Positions 1 through 13,297 are shown, numbered from the whole stretch's first letter. The stretch: DNA of 63,465 bases, filler included, from Pirum gemmata (GCA_002812295.1; 16 parts of 16 records of this genome joined end to end with filler, not necessarily neighbours in it), one strand, 5' to 3'. Notes: generated by a model not told the origin, from the letters alone. Made by a program: numbers and translations.

Positions 1-12
1 CATTACTACTAT

Positions 13-49
<37 letters not shown>

Positions 50-86
50 GATAATATATTCATTTCTACTAATATTTTTACAATAG

Positions 87-1182
87 TTTGTTTTGCAAAC
101 GGAAGGTGTAAATCTTTGTGAAATGTGGAAACACGCAGCTATTTTAGACTTGACCAGAATAAAAACAAACGATATTGGTCAAATTTTGAAAGTTTATGGT
201 AAGATATTTATTAGAACTGTTCATGTTTTTTTATCAATGAATGTGCTTCTGTTTTTTTTAAATTTTTTTTTAACAGTTATTGTGGTGCGTGGATTTCCCT
301 TCCTTCCAGGGTTCTGGTATCCTGTATCTGGGAGCCCCATATCGTTAATGTACTAACTAATCCTAATTCATTTTAATTAGGTGTGGAAGCTGCTCGATCT
401 GCTATTATGAACGAGGTGGCGGGTGTATTTAAGGTGTACGGGATCGGTGTTAATATGCGTCACTTATCTCTTATTGCAGATTACATGGTAAGTTAATGTT
501 TATTCAAGCTACGTTATTATTGTTACGATATAATATTAATGTGCCATATAATGTAAAGGGGTTCATTCGAGTTACAATTTTATTGTTGTTGTGATATAAT
601 ATTTAAATGTATGTATAGTATTGTGCCTTATGATATGTGCAGAGAGATCTATTTCCAACTAACTTTATTATATTATCTTTCTTCTATATTAGACATTTGA
701 GGGTGGTTATAAACCATTCAATAGATTTGGTATCAATTCAAATGCTTCTCCGTTTTTGAAGATGAGTTTTGAAACGACGATGAGTTTTATTCGGGATTCA
801 GCGTTGTAAGTTTTTTTTAAAAAAAAAAATGTTAAAAAAAATTGTGTTTATTACTATTTACTATTGTTATTGTTACCAATTACTATAATTTTTTGTTGTT
901 GTTGTTCTGATTGTTACTATTCTTACTATTGTTGTTGTTACTATTGCCATTATCACTTAACACTGTTGTTGTTTCGCATCTATAAATCATAAAGATGATA
1001 AGGACTCGTTCATACTTCTATACCACATGTTAATAAACCATTATAAATGTATATAATATAGAACTGGTGACTATGATACAATTCTTTCTCCATCTTCACG
1101 ATTGGTAGTTGGAAAACCAGTTGAATCTGGGACTGGTAGCTTTGGAGTGATCCAACCTTTAGAAGCTCTTGAAATGAATTAA
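87..1182 (+). CDS. RPA1: RNA polymerase I largest subunit, last four exons (87-198, 381-487, 693-805, 1062-1182); 5' part lies outside the window
   Basis: GT-AG splicing in consistent phase gives LQTEGVNL...[61 protein letters not shown]...[11 protein letters not shown]...|[27 protein letters not shown]...stop. These are Pol I-type C-terminal motifs, with no CTD. Confidence 0.95.
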
Positions 1183-1660
1183 ATCACCAAATCACAAGAA
1201 ATATAGTTTTCAATGATTTATTCAACATCCCAATTTAGAGTATGGCCAAATAGTTGAAATATCCTATAGTTGAATGTCCTATGGTTGAATGTTCTATAAA
1301 AACATTGCATTTGAGAGATATAAAAATTAAAAATTAGTTTAATTTGTACTTTACACAAAAAGAAAGGTACCCTTATAAGAATGGGAGTTTTCTTTGAAAG
1401 AGTTTGAATGTTTCGAATAAATGCCAAGTAATAATAACAATATGGTTGGACGAAAATGAAAGTAACGTAATTGAATTACTTTGTTTGCTTTGTGATTAAT
1501 GTAATAAAATAGAATATTTAATCACCATTTCGTTGTCTAATCATACTCTTGTGGATTTAAATAGTCCTGTACCAATGTTCTAATACTTATTTTCTAATCC
1601 TCATTTCACGTTGGGCTCCATCCCCAACGTGCAAGTGAGAACCCCCACACTTTTTTAATG

Positions 1661-1719
<59 letters not shown>

Positions 1720-3229
1720 TCAGGGGAAAGAGAATGAGTTCTGGTGTTAAACCATCACTTAAAATATTCCTTAAAAAAAAAAACTTTGCTACTCTTGTTG
1801 CTGTCACTAATACCATGTTCAGAATAATGATACAATAAAGTTTTTTTGATGTTATTATTGCCCTTTAATTTTTTTTTAGTACTTCGAATTCTGATTTACA
1901 AAGGGATGTTTTTTAGACAACTCAACTATCATATTTTAATTGTCAAGTACTTTTAAAATTAAAAATGACATGCTTCATTCCTTAATTAAAATATGCCTTA
2001 AATTGTATATTGTACAAAGTTTTCTTTATATTTTTGCCACAAAAAAAAGTGAAATGCTCTAAAAGCACCATATTCTTTATTAATCATCAGCAGTAATAGC
2101 AGTAGGGCCCGGTCTAGAAATAGTAGTTGGTTTAATTTTTTAAGCCTTTTAAATTGTATGCATAAAATTATATAGAACAAAGTTCATTTTTTGCCAGAAA
2201 AAAAAAAGTAAAATGCTTCAAAAGCCCTATATACTCATTGATTCCTTATTATTATTTTAATAGTACTAGCAGCAGTATGATTGATGTAACATCAGGTTTA
2301 AAATGCTTATTATTTATTATTTAATTTTGTATTTTTGTATTTTTGTATTTTTGTATTTTTGTATTATTGTATTGTATTACTGTATTATTGTATTATTGTA
2401 TTATTGTATTATTGTATTATTGTACATGTGTTATTGTATTGTTGTATTAAATAAGTATGGTCAAAAGTGCTGTGTTAATTAACCACGATTTATTGCACAG
2501 GTGGGGAAACTATTGGAAAACCGCAACAACTTGTATTTATGGCCCATGGGCTTCGAATTCGATTGTATTTATAGGCGGTCTTCGTCTTTGTCTAGGGGAT
2601 ATAAATTCGAACCTAATGCATTCGATCCAGGTTGTTGTCCATCTAACCACTTCGCCACTTTTTTAAAATAAGTAACTTACCTACAGATAATAATTTTCTA
2701 GTAAAACGATTGTTTATAAGGCTGACATCGTAAACGTATATATTATAAAAAAGCATTAATATTTAATATCGCGTGTATCCTCAATATCGACGAAAAGTGT
2801 TCTACCAGTTATTATTTTTAAAATGTTGTTTCAACTTCTACTGCTATCCGGATAAAACTATCATGATAATAATCATGATATCAATAGCGCCAAAACTAAA
2901 ACCAGACCTAGTAGTAGTTACCGCTTTAGTGTGTATAGTATTGTATACCCTTCCAGCATTATTTATTATATAATTATGATAATATCAATATTATTATTTA
3001 TTATTATAAATTATAATATGATACCAACTGTCATACCTATAGACTACTCTCTGTTGACCAATCCTGGGAGCTAGCTAGCTACCCTTACTCCTTAGCTAGC
3101 AGGACCTATGATAGCTAGCTAGCTAGCTAGCTAGCTAGTGATGGCTAGCTACTAGACTCTTTTGCGGTTTGAGGCTATCATTCCCCTCCCTTTCTGCTAG
3201 TAGTATACTAAGTTCTAGCTAGCTAGACT

Positions 3230-3464
3230 AGGAGGGGTGAGTACTCTTATGGCGAACTTTTTTGACCGAGGCACAAAGTAAATGTTGTTCGCCTGTTTCG
3301 CTTTACCATATTTAGTATTTGTAATTATTTATTTAGTAACTACCTATTTAAGTAGTTACTTTAAAAAGAGTTTATTATACTATTTATAGTAACTTTAGGC
3401 AAATTTCTGGAAGTTCGCCGGTCCGAGCATCCAATTGGTAAGATGACGTCATCTCATCCCTCCT
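3230..3464. mobile_element. MITE family A (~235 bp, TIR AGGAGGGGTGAG / CTCATCCCTCCT)
   Basis: Terminal inverted repeats; a near-identical reverse-complement copy lies at 21503-21737. Confidence 0.8.
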
Positions 3465-3466
3465 GC

Positions 3467-3566
3467 NNNNNNNNNNNNNNNNNNNNNNNNNNNNNNNNNN
3501 NNNNNNNNNNTTAATTAATTAANNNNNNNNNNNNNNNNNNNNNNNNNNNNNNNNNNNNNNNNNNNN
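3467..3566. other. Artificial contig-join spacer N44-TTAATTAATTAA-N44 (first of 15)
   Basis: The same 100-nt spacer, with stops in all six frames, recurs starting near 7005, 10566, 14240, 19752, 23313, 26877, 33351, 37891, 41402, 44945, 49364, 52869, 56429 and 59963. Confidence 0.97.
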
Positions 3567-3683
3567 GTGCTGTTTGTGTCTTCAAGTTTATTGCTTATTG
3601 GTTTATTATTTTTTTGTTTTGTTCTTTTGTTGTGTGTTTCTGTTTTGTTCTTGTTTTCTTGTTTTCTTTATTATTTTGTTGTT

Positions 3684-3734
<51 letters not shown>

Positions 3735-5286
3735 TAGTACTATTAATAATCATCATAATAATAATGGAATACTAACAAATGTTCGGATTTTGTTTACAAC
3801 AATTGACTTCATGATTGATCAAAATATATTCCACAGTATATTCGAAAATATCATGATCATTATTTTATTATTAATGTTGTTATTTTTAAATTTGAATGAG
3901 CTGAGGTTATTGCGTTGCTACATATTTTTTGCTATTTTTACAATACCGACGATTGGCTTCCGTTCAGGCTTTCGTTATTTATTTATTTATTTTTCATTTT
4001 TTATTATTTGTTATAAATTTCTTTATGTCTGTTCTTCAGCAGTTTGTGTCTTCAAGTTTATTGCTTATTGGTTTATTATTTTTGTTTTGTTCTTTTGTGT
4101 TTTTCTGTTTTGTTCTTGTTTTCTTGTTTTCTTTATTATTTTGTTGTTTTATTGTTTTTGTTTTGTTATTTATAATGATAATGATGATAATAATGATAAT
4201 GATTTTAATTAATAAAGATAATTCTAATGAAAATGATAATAAAATAATAATAACAATAATTTATAACGGTAATGATAATAATGATAATGGTAATGGTAAT
4301 GGTAATTATGGTAATGAAAATGATAATAATAATCTTAATCTTAATTAACGCAAACGATAATGATGATGTTACTATAGGTAAAATAAGATAGCAAGGTAAT
4401 GATGAAAGATAATGATATAATGATAATGATAATAATAAAGATAAAAATAAAGATAAATAAAGATAAAGATAAAGATAAAGATAAAGAAAATTTATTTATA
4501 AAAACAATGGTAACAATAATAATGAACTATAATGATGAAGATGATAATATTATCATAATGATAATGATAATGATAATGATAATTTTGGTAATGTTATTGA
4601 TAATGAAGATGATATCATAATGATAATGATAATGATAATGATAATTTTGGTAATATTATTGATAATGTCAATATTAATATTAACGAAAAAGATAATGATA
4701 TCAATAATGATATAGTACATCACTAATAAAATAGCATTTTTTTAATTTTTAAAAAAAGAAGCTGTAAAAAATGGAAAGATGAACAAAAATAGAAAACAAA
4801 ATATTCGCTAATTACTATTGGTTTTTGATTAAGTATTGATTAACCATTCAAAGACAAAAAAAATGTACGCTTAGCAATAATTATCCAATAAAAAAACTTA
4901 TTTTATCTTTTATTATATCATTGAATGAAATTTAATGTTTTCAGACAAATAAGGCTTTTAAGAATTGAAAACCTATTGACAGTTACATATATTCGAAAAT
5001 AATCAAAAAGAAATACATATCGAGTATAAACTACACTATGTAAATATGGAAGTATCAAATAGACCCGACCAGGACCCAAACCGTCTACTTTGCTAGCTAG
5101 TAGTAGACTGTTACTACAATTCCTACTACAACACTCTACAACAGCACTAATACTATTAATTGTAAACTACTTTTTAAAAAAAAAATTAAAGAATTTTAAA
5201 AATAAATAATAAAAATGGCTGAAAAAAAGTGATAAGAAATAACGAAAAAATGAAAATGAAAAGTATAAATGGCATTGAAAATCAAT

Positions 5287-5350
<64 letters not shown>

Positions 5351-5406
5351 TAAAAACAAAAACAACAATATAAAATACAAATATAAACAAAGAACAAAAA
5401 CAAAAA

Positions 5407-5949
5407 ATGTGCAAACCAACTATTTCTCCAACTCGTGATAATATTTGCGAGTTTCCTGGTTGTAATAAAAGTTATTCTTTAAGAAGAGGTCTACACGCCC
5501 ACGTTAAATCAAAACACAACATGTCAATTCAAGACATCCATTTCTTAAATGAAAGAAATCGCAAAAACAACTTCAGAAAAAATAATATTTTTAAACCAGC
5601 TGCAGTGATTGGAAATATGAACAATAGTTTTCCAACCCAAACACTACATAATTTCATCGTCAACAATATTCAGCGAACCTCTTTACCTCTTACCAGAACA
5701 CATTCTTTGGACTCTTTTACAAACAATTCCCTCGCGTTGAATAATGATCTGAATATATTTCGATCATCTTCGGTTGATTCTTTGAACTTTGAAATAAACA
5801 ACTTCAATATGCACTCACCAATCTTACCACCTGTGTCTCCTTTACTTGATTTGAATTTTGAAGTCAATAATAACACTAGTGCTGGTGTCAATAATGTATT
5901 TGATATTAATACACCAAACTTGAACTTAATGTCACCATTATTGTTATAA
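5407..5949 (+). CDS. Small single C2H2 zinc-finger protein
   Basis: CEFPGCNKSYSLRRGLHAHVKSKH is a C-x4-C-x12-H-x4-H finger, followed by an N/S-rich tail. ATG follows an A-rich leader. Confidence 0.7.
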   Translation: MCKPTISPTRDNICEFPGCNKSYSLRRGLHAHVKSKHNMSIQDIHFLNERNRKNNFRKNNIFKPAAVIGNMNNSFPTQTLHNFIVNNIQRTSLPLTRTHSLDSFTNNSLALNNDLNIFRSSSVDSLNFEINNFNMHSPILPPVSPLLDLNFEVNNNTSAGVNNVFDINTPNLNLMSPLLL

Positions 5950-7978
5950 TTATATTTTAAATTCCTTATTGACTCTTTTTGTATAAGGTAAAAAGTTAAT
6001 ATAAATAAAAAATAAAACTATTTATGAAGACAAAATTAATTTTCATCACTGTTTAATTGACAGAAAAAATAACATTATAATTTCACTAAATAAATAAAGT
6101 TCGAATTCAAATGATATATTATCAGATATTATACATCGTAATGAAGTATAATATACATTTTATTATTATGTATTCATAATAATTATGATTATTATTTTTA
6201 AAACCAAATAACTAATAGTAGAAGGGATACTATTATATTCGAGTATATTCGTGCTTTTAATTAAGAGTTGTTTTGTTATAAAAAAAATAAAATAATAAGA
6301 ACCAAATTAGTACTACATTTAATCTATTTGATACATTTTAATTAATCTTGTATGTTTTTAACATTTACTTTTTGATTTTTAAAATAGCCACCACTTTGAA
6401 ATTACCAAATAAATTTAAAAAAAACATAATTATGATTTCTGACAATGTTTCTGTGATATTATTGTATACTTTTTTTTCTCTTTTTCAGTGTTTCTAAAGA
6501 AAAACTACTAAAGACTTAGAAATTTCGTTGGAGACTTTTATTTCAGTTAGAAAAATGGAAATCAAGAAATTTGAATCTGGAGCATTCTTGGGTTTCATCA
6601 ACAAGCATAATATCAATAACGTTACATATTATTGATGTTATTTTGTCAACGATAAACAACAAAGAACAAACAACAAACAACAATAACAATCCTAGCCCTA
6701 ACCCTAACCCTAACCCTAGTTTAACAGTGTTTAACCATAACCCTAAACCCTAACACTCCCTAACCCTAACCCTAACCCTTAAAAAAAAGAAAAAAAAATT
6801 GTTTTGTTGTTTTGTTGCTTTATTGTTTTATTGTTTTATTGTTGTGTTGTTTTGTTGTTTTATTATTGTTTTTGTTGTTTTTGTTGTTTTGTTGTTTTGT
6901 TGTTTTGTTTTGTTGCTTTGTTGTTTTGTTGTTTTGTTGTTTTGTTGTTTTGTTATTTTGTTATTTTGTTATTTTGTTATTTTGTTATTTTGTTGTTTTG
7001 TTGTNNNNNNNNNNNNNNNNNNNNNNNNNNNNNNNNNNNNNNNNNNNNTTAATTAATTAANNNNNNNNNNNNNNNNNNNNNNNNNNNNNNNNNNNNNNNN
7101 NNNNATATTATTACTATTATATATATATGAACATATAATATATAATTAGGAGCTCTCCTACAAATTCTGATGGTTTATTATGAACCAATAGCTAGGTTTT
7201 AAAATAATTTGAAGGTTTTTAGAAAAGAAGCCTAAAAAAAAAAGATTTCAAATAATGCTAGTAGACTATAGCAGTTCTATATAAACTTTCTATAGCTATC
7301 ACACATAGACCTCTAAAAAAACAACTACGAGCGAGGGTATGAACGCACGCGCTCATGATCACTACTATCATGCCATAGATATTATGTTTAAAATACTAGT
7401 GTGTATCTATAATATAATATTAATACTAGTAATAATAATATCGATATTAATAATAATAATTAGTAATAACAAGAATAATTAAAATAATTTTTTAAAAATA
7501 ATAATAATAATAATTGAAGCCCTAGCCTTATTAATTTATTATATTTTTATTATCCTCACATTCAGGCACCTGACAATTATTCTCAACGAAGTCAAGCTTG
7601 GTTACAAAAGAAGTCAGAACCACTTCTATAGCTAATAAATTATCCGATAATAAATAATATGATATGATTATATAGACTATAGCTACTTTTTTTTTTTCTC
7701 GTATGTTGCAGTGCTGGATTTTTTTATGGTTGCCTTTTAGAAGTGTTGTCTGTGTCACCTTGTGGTCTTGTCGTTGCCTTTTTTTTTTTCTCAAATCAAA
7801 AATCACCAATTATTATGGTCCAAATCATGTACTTTTGCTGGGTGTTTGTGTTGGCTTATCTGGTTTTAATCGTTATTTTACAAATGGTTTGGTTTAATTT
7901 GTTTCTTCGTTTTTATTTTAAAGAAAAAATTTAATCGTTTTATGCCGAAAGATGAATTGAAAAGGGATAAAGAAAATA

Positions 7979-8665
7979 ATGATTTTGGTCTTGAGGTTGG
8001 TGGAGACCTTGTTAATTAAATCTGCATTATTTGCTTAAAAAAAAAAAACGATAACAATTATTAATGATTATTATTATTATCATTATTGTCATTGTGATAA
8101 TAATGATAATGATAAGGATAAAGATAAGGTTAAGGATAAGGATAAATAAGGATCATGATCAACATAAATGGTAATGACAATGGTAATGATAATTTATATT
8201 ATTAATAATGATATAATATAAACAATTAATAATTAATCATAATAATAATTAATAATATTTACTACTTTTAATTAATAATCAATAAAAACATAATTTAACT
8301 TTATTCTTTCATTATTTTGAAATCCACTACCTTGTTCCATATTCCTGTTTTTGTTATTTTATGATTTTGGTCTTGAGGTTAGTGGAGACCTTGTTAAATC
8401 TGCATTACTTGCTTAAAAAAAAAAAAAAACTGTGTTGGATCATCATCATTATTATCATTATCATTGTGATAATAATGATAAGGATAAGGATAAGGTAAAA
8501 TAAGGATCATGATCAACAAAAATGGTAATGACAATTAATAATTAATCATAATAATAATTAATAATGTTTACTACTTTTAATAATTAATAAAAACATAATT
8601 TAACTTTATTCTTTCGTGATTTTGAAATCCACTACCTTGTTCCATATCCCTGTTTTTGTTATTTT
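7979..8665. repeat. Diverged tandem duplication (units ~7979-8360 and ~8361-8665)
   Basis: Both units begin ATGATTTTGGTCTTGAGGTT..TGGAGACCTTGTT and end GAAATCCACTACCTTGTTCCATA..CCTGTTTTTGTTATTTT. Confidence 0.85.
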
Positions 8666-8819
8666 ACACTTTGGTAGCTGTATTCTTTTCTGTGTTCTTG
8701 TTCTTGCTATTTGAAAAATACTGACAGAAAACAAGAAAAGAAAAAAGAAAAAACCCGAACAAAATAATATATATTACAATAATATAAAATTTTATATTAT
8801 GATAATATAATTTTTAAAA

Positions 8820-10307
8820 TTATATTTTTACATTTATCTTATTGTCGGTAGCACTTTGAGCTACTTTTTTGGCAGCCTCTTTAGGATTTTCTGGGAATTT
8901 AACTTTTCCAAGTTCACCGCCAGCCACAGACCAAATAGTAGCCGTGTTATTATGCCATCTTCGAACAAAACTTGCAATACGTTTAGAATACAAATCAAGC
9001 GCTTCTTCATGATCACTAGCATTGTTACAATTTGGTTCTTCCAAAGATTGAATAAGCTTCATCATAGCGTAACCATGAGCAGTAGTAGATATGCTAACAC
9101 CCATACCTGCAACAGGACTAGCTGTGCCGGCAGAGTCCCCAACCAACGCGATTCTACTACCCACCGTCATTTTCTTAGCTGTCTTATTACAGCATTTGAA
9201 AAAACTAGAATTCCATTTAAATTCCGCAGATTCGAAGCCAAACCATTTTGCCATTCTTAAAGTGTCTCTGGTAGTTAGTTCATGCGCATTGTAGTTATCG
9301 GTATCATTGTGTTCAATAATAAAACGCTCTGTTAATGCCACTTCTTCATTTGCTGGATCAAAAATACCAATAATAGCCCGTCCGGGGTTAGTGTCATCAG
9401 GCCCCATGATTCCCATAAAGCCTTTATCAATGTCAGTACAACGTCTATTAGCAACAACCCATACCTCTTCATTGTCATGTAAATCCCAACCATCAACTAA
9501 ATTTTTAACATTTTTACTTTGTGCCCCTTCTGCTATCACCACGAAATATGGATTTTCGAATACACTTAAAGTTTTCTCGGCATCCAAAGCATCATCACTA
9601 TTGTATGAAGCAATACTTTCACCACTTCCAGTATTAATAGATGATGATGTTTCTTTGTTATATAAAGTTAAAGAAGTGGTGTCTGTATTTTCATTGTATT
9701 TGACGTGTACCATGTTTTTTGTTAAAAATACAACTCCAACTTCTTTACATTTAGAATAAATAATTTGTTGATAGTCTGCAATACGTATCCCACGACCATC
9801 ATTCAGAAAATACTCTTTATCTTCGTTATTCATAATATCATCGTAATTAAAATTTTCATCACAATCTTCAACTGTAACGATTTCGCTAGGTATAAGCCCA
9901 TCATAATTAATAGCACACTCTTCTCCTTTAGCTAAAGCAAAAGTCATATTTTCTATATGAAAAGTTTTGTCAGTAACCTCCTGCAATAAGCCAACTTTTT
10001 TCAAGTAAGGGTAAGCACAAGTTTTTATAGTTGCTATATTTCTCCTACTAAAAAAATCCCGGTGCTCCAAAACGACTATGTTTAAGTGAGGTCTCTCCCT
10101 TTTCCAGGTTAAAGCAGCCATTAAACCAGCAGGCCCGGCCCCAGATACGAAAACAGTTTGTGACATATCAAACTCTGTTAATTGTTCAATAGTTATATCA
10201 CTTTCAATTTTATGAATTTTATTGTTATTTTTGCAATCATTGTTGTAAAATGCATCTTTGGTATAGTTAGATGCTGGGTCAACACCAGTGTTTGCGAAAA
10301 ATGACAT
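8820..10307 (-). CDS. FAD-dependent monooxygenase/oxidoreductase, intronless, 495 aa
   Basis: Rossmann motif VSGAGPAGL, DG-motif variant VVIAEGAQS, and GD motif IALVGDSAGTASPVAGMG. Confidence 0.9.
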   Translation of the reverse strand: MSFFANTGVDPASNYTKDAFYNNDCKNNNKIHKIESDITIEQLTEFDMSQTVFVSGAGPAGLMAALTWKRERPHLNIVVLEHRDFFSRRNIATIKTCAYPYLKKVGLLQEVTDKTFHIENMTFALAKGEECAINYDGLIPSEIVTVEDCDENFNYDDIMNNEDKEYFLNDGRGIRIADYQQIIYSKCKEVGVVFLTKNMVHVKYNENTDTTSLTLYNKETSSSINTGSGESIASYNSDDALDAEKTLSVFENPYFVVIAEGAQSKNVKNLVDGWDLHDNEEVWVVANRRCTDIDKGFMGIMGPDDTNPGRAIIGIFDPANEEVALTERFIIEHNDTDNYNAHELTTRDTLRMAKWFGFESAEFKWNSSFFKCCNKTAKKMTVGSRIALVGDSAGTASPVAGMGVSISTTAHGYAMMKLIQSLEEPNCNNASDHEEALDLYSKRIASFVRRWHNNTATIWSVAGGELGKVKFPENPKEAAKKVAQSATDNKINVKI

Positions 10308-10831
10308 AATGTATTATAAATATTATAAATATTATTAATTAAAAAAGTATTAAAAAATATGATAGTATATGATATAAATATTTTTTTATATTATTATTTT
10401 TTATTACTTCTTGAATTTTCTTGCTAGTTTTTAATTTATTATTTGAAATGTTGCCAAAAATTTACTTTTTCTACTTTTTTTCTTTTATTTATTTATTTTT
10501 TTGTTTGTTTTTTTTTAAAATTTAACATTTTTTTATTTTTTATATTTTTTATTTATACGATAATTNNNNNNNNNNNNNNNNNNNNNNNNNNNNNNNNNNN
10601 NNNNNNNNNTTAATTAATTAANNNNNNNNNNNNNNNNNNNNNNNNNNNNNNNNNNNNNNNNNNNNTTTTGTCATTTTGAAATGACAGCGCTATCTGACGA
10701 ATAGAGACTAGTAGCTAGTTTACAGGTGGAGTCTTTAGTTAGTGGACTCTTAGCGAAACCAAGGAAACTTAATTAATTAATTAATTAACGAAAAAACTTT
10801 CCGAAAGTATTATTCATTGGAAAAGCTAGAC

Positions 10832-11025
10832 TATCGTGCTTTTCATTTATTTTGTCACTCTGAATATTTATTTGGAGGGTTATAATCTTTATATTGACAA
10901 TTTTAAAAAAAGAAATATATAATAAAATATACCAAATTAAATGAAATGGACTTATATATTATTAATTTGGTACTATTTATTGTATACTTTATAATGACTA
11001 AATTAAACAACTGAAAAGCACTATA
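10832..11025. mobile_element. High-copy ~190 bp MITE (TIR TCGTGCTTTTCA-like, flanked by TA)
   Basis: TIRs plus the conserved core AAATATACCAAATTAAATGAAATGGATTTATATTG; many copies in the window. Confidence 0.85.
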
Positions 11026-11108
11026 GCCTTTATGTCTAGGCCTAGTCTAGCTAGGCCTTTGTTAGGCCATAATGAACACAATGAGACCACACAATAATAC
11101 CAAATAAC

Positions 11109-11298
11109 TATTGTGCTTTTCAGTAGTTTTGTCATCATAAAATATACAATAAAGAATACCAAATTAATACTATATAAATCCATTTCATTTAATTTGGTAT
11201 ATTTTATTATATATTTCTTTTTTTAAAAGTATCAATTTAAATATTATAAGCAACCAAATAAATATTCGGAGTGACAAAATAAATGAAAAAGCACAATA
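11109..11298. mobile_element. TA-flanked MITE copy, inverted relative to 10832-11025
   Basis: TA|TTGTGCTTTTCAG ... GAAAAAGCACAA|TA with the same core. Confidence 0.85.
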
Positions 11299-11774
11299 TA
11301 ATTTGCTATCTAGTAGCTAGCCACCTAACCCTAACCCTAACCCTAACCCTAACCCTAACCCTAACCCTAACCCTAACTCATATTCAATAAAAAAAGTCTA
11401 TTATATTCATCTGTTTGTTTTTAGGGGCTATCGTGCTTTTATAATAACAGTACTTATTTATACAACAATGTAATAATAGTAATAACTGTACTTACTATTA
11501 TTCTATAGTGTAATTGAATGTGTGTTGAAATGTAATGAATAATTGAATTAATGATTAATATTGATTGTATATGTTGTAAGTATATTGATTATAATAATAA
11601 TAATAATTGTACTTATTATTATTATACATTATTTCTCAAGGGAATAGTATAAATATCATAGAGTAAAAAATGGAGAAATAGAAAAAACTCTAGCTAGCTA
11701 GCTAGGACTATAGTCTATTGATAGACTACATCATACAAGTAGCTAGACTCGAGCCTTTTGTAGACTGTTTTGTT

Positions 11775-11937
11775 GTGTCGAATATTTATTTGGTTGTTTA
11801 TAATATTTAAATTGATACTTTTAAATAAATAAATATATAATAAAATATACCAAATTAAATGAAATGGATTTATATTGTATTAATTTGGTACTATTTATTG
11901 TATATTTTATAACGACAAAATAACTGAAAAGCGCTAC
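11775..11937. mobile_element. TA-flanked MITE copy, truncated at one end
   Basis: Same core; ends CTGAAAAGCGCTA. Confidence 0.75.
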
Positions 11938-12046
11938 AGGCAGTGGAGTCTACTATCATAACTATCATTTTAGTATCTGAAAGCTTACCTGATAGGTTTG
12001 TCGATGCAGTCGATCTGTGCCACTAAGCCTCTCCCCGTTCTGCTCT

Positions 12047-12395
12047 AAGGGAGCGTTCAATAATTAAGAAACGCGGGGTGGTATGGGGGAGGGGGGGGGG
12101 TCGGATTTTTGTGACTCATCATGACGCAATTAACTATAGTAGGTAGGTATTCGTGGGTACTATTTTTTCCAAATCGCTACGTCATAAGGGGGTAGTCTTT
12201 CTCATACGTGACCAGGTGTTGCATTTGGTATATATAGTTATTTATTTATTAACTCGAAAAAAAAAAATGAAAAAAAATAATTTTCAAATAGATATTGAAT
12301 TTCTTCTTTTTTTTTTTTTTTCGAGATTTCGGGTTAGGGGACGTTCAATAATTACGTAACGCGAATTTGGGGCCAAAACCTACCCTACTACACCC
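12047..12395 (+). mobile_element. Two PIF/Harbinger-like element ends
   Basis: AGGGAGCGTTCAATAATTAAG at ~12048 and TAGGGGACGTTCAATAATTACGTAACGC at ~12336 resemble Harbinger MITE termini and match the end of the 22985-23110 family. Confidence 0.5.
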
Positions 12396-12982
12396 AATGG
12401 CAGAATGGTATTTTTCCTCTCAAACAGACCAAACAGACCAGAAATTCTGCTCGGCAGACATCGAACTTTTCGGGGCAGAAGGCAGAACCAGAAGAAAATC
12501 GAGTTTTAGGGACAGAATTCGGAGAAGTTTATCCAGCTTGGCTGTTTAAAAAAAAAAAAAAAAAAAAAAAGTCAGATCTGGGTTGATTGGTTTAATTTTT
12601 GGATCTGATAATAATATAATTTCTTTTTATGTATACTTTGATAAGTAAATATTTTGTAGGAACGAATAGATGGGCGAATTTACAGAACTTTTTAGACAAT
12701 GATTATTTTTAAAAGAGGCGTAGCCTGTCAGCAGCTAGGAATTGACAATTTGACGGAGATTTGACACGGAGAGATTCCCTGGTTTTCCCAGGTCTGCAAG
12801 TACTTTTCATTTACTTTATCACGTGGTTGTTTTGTTATACATCTACATAATAAAAAATACCTAAATAATAATAATAATGCAAATTTTAAATAATTTGGTA
12901 TATTTTATTATTTGTTTTTAAAAGTTAAAATAATCTTGTTTATATGTTTTGAAATGCCAAATAAATAATCAGAGTCAGAAAC

Positions 12983-13017
<35 letters not shown>

Positions 13018-13254
13018 GTCTGTGGTGATCTGGTGACTGTGACGCTCCTATATTTATCGTAAATTTTTGTTATAAATTTTCATATATATAACCAGCTGAG
13101 AGTGTCGTTTTTTTGTGGGTATATCATATTTAATTTTTATTACTGTTTATTTATTTCTTTCTTTCTTTCTTTTGCTTTTTATTATTATTTATTAATATAA
13201 TATTAATACTAATAAACAATGAATGATAAAATATAAATTTTTATTATTTACATT

Positions 13255-13296
<42 letters not shown>

Positions 13297-13297
<1 letters not shown>

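Noticed and set aside
2457..2666. GC-richer island as an exon
   Set aside because: No recognisable motif in the frames read and no convincing splice pair.
3511..3522. Regularly spaced TTAATTAATTAA as a biological repeat or CRISPR-like array
   Set aside because: Always centred in exactly 88 Ns; it is an assembly linker.
8856..9759. Plus-strand ORFs overlapping the monooxygenase (likewise 44246-44578 and 50519-52309)
   Set aside because: Antisense shadows of real coding sequence.
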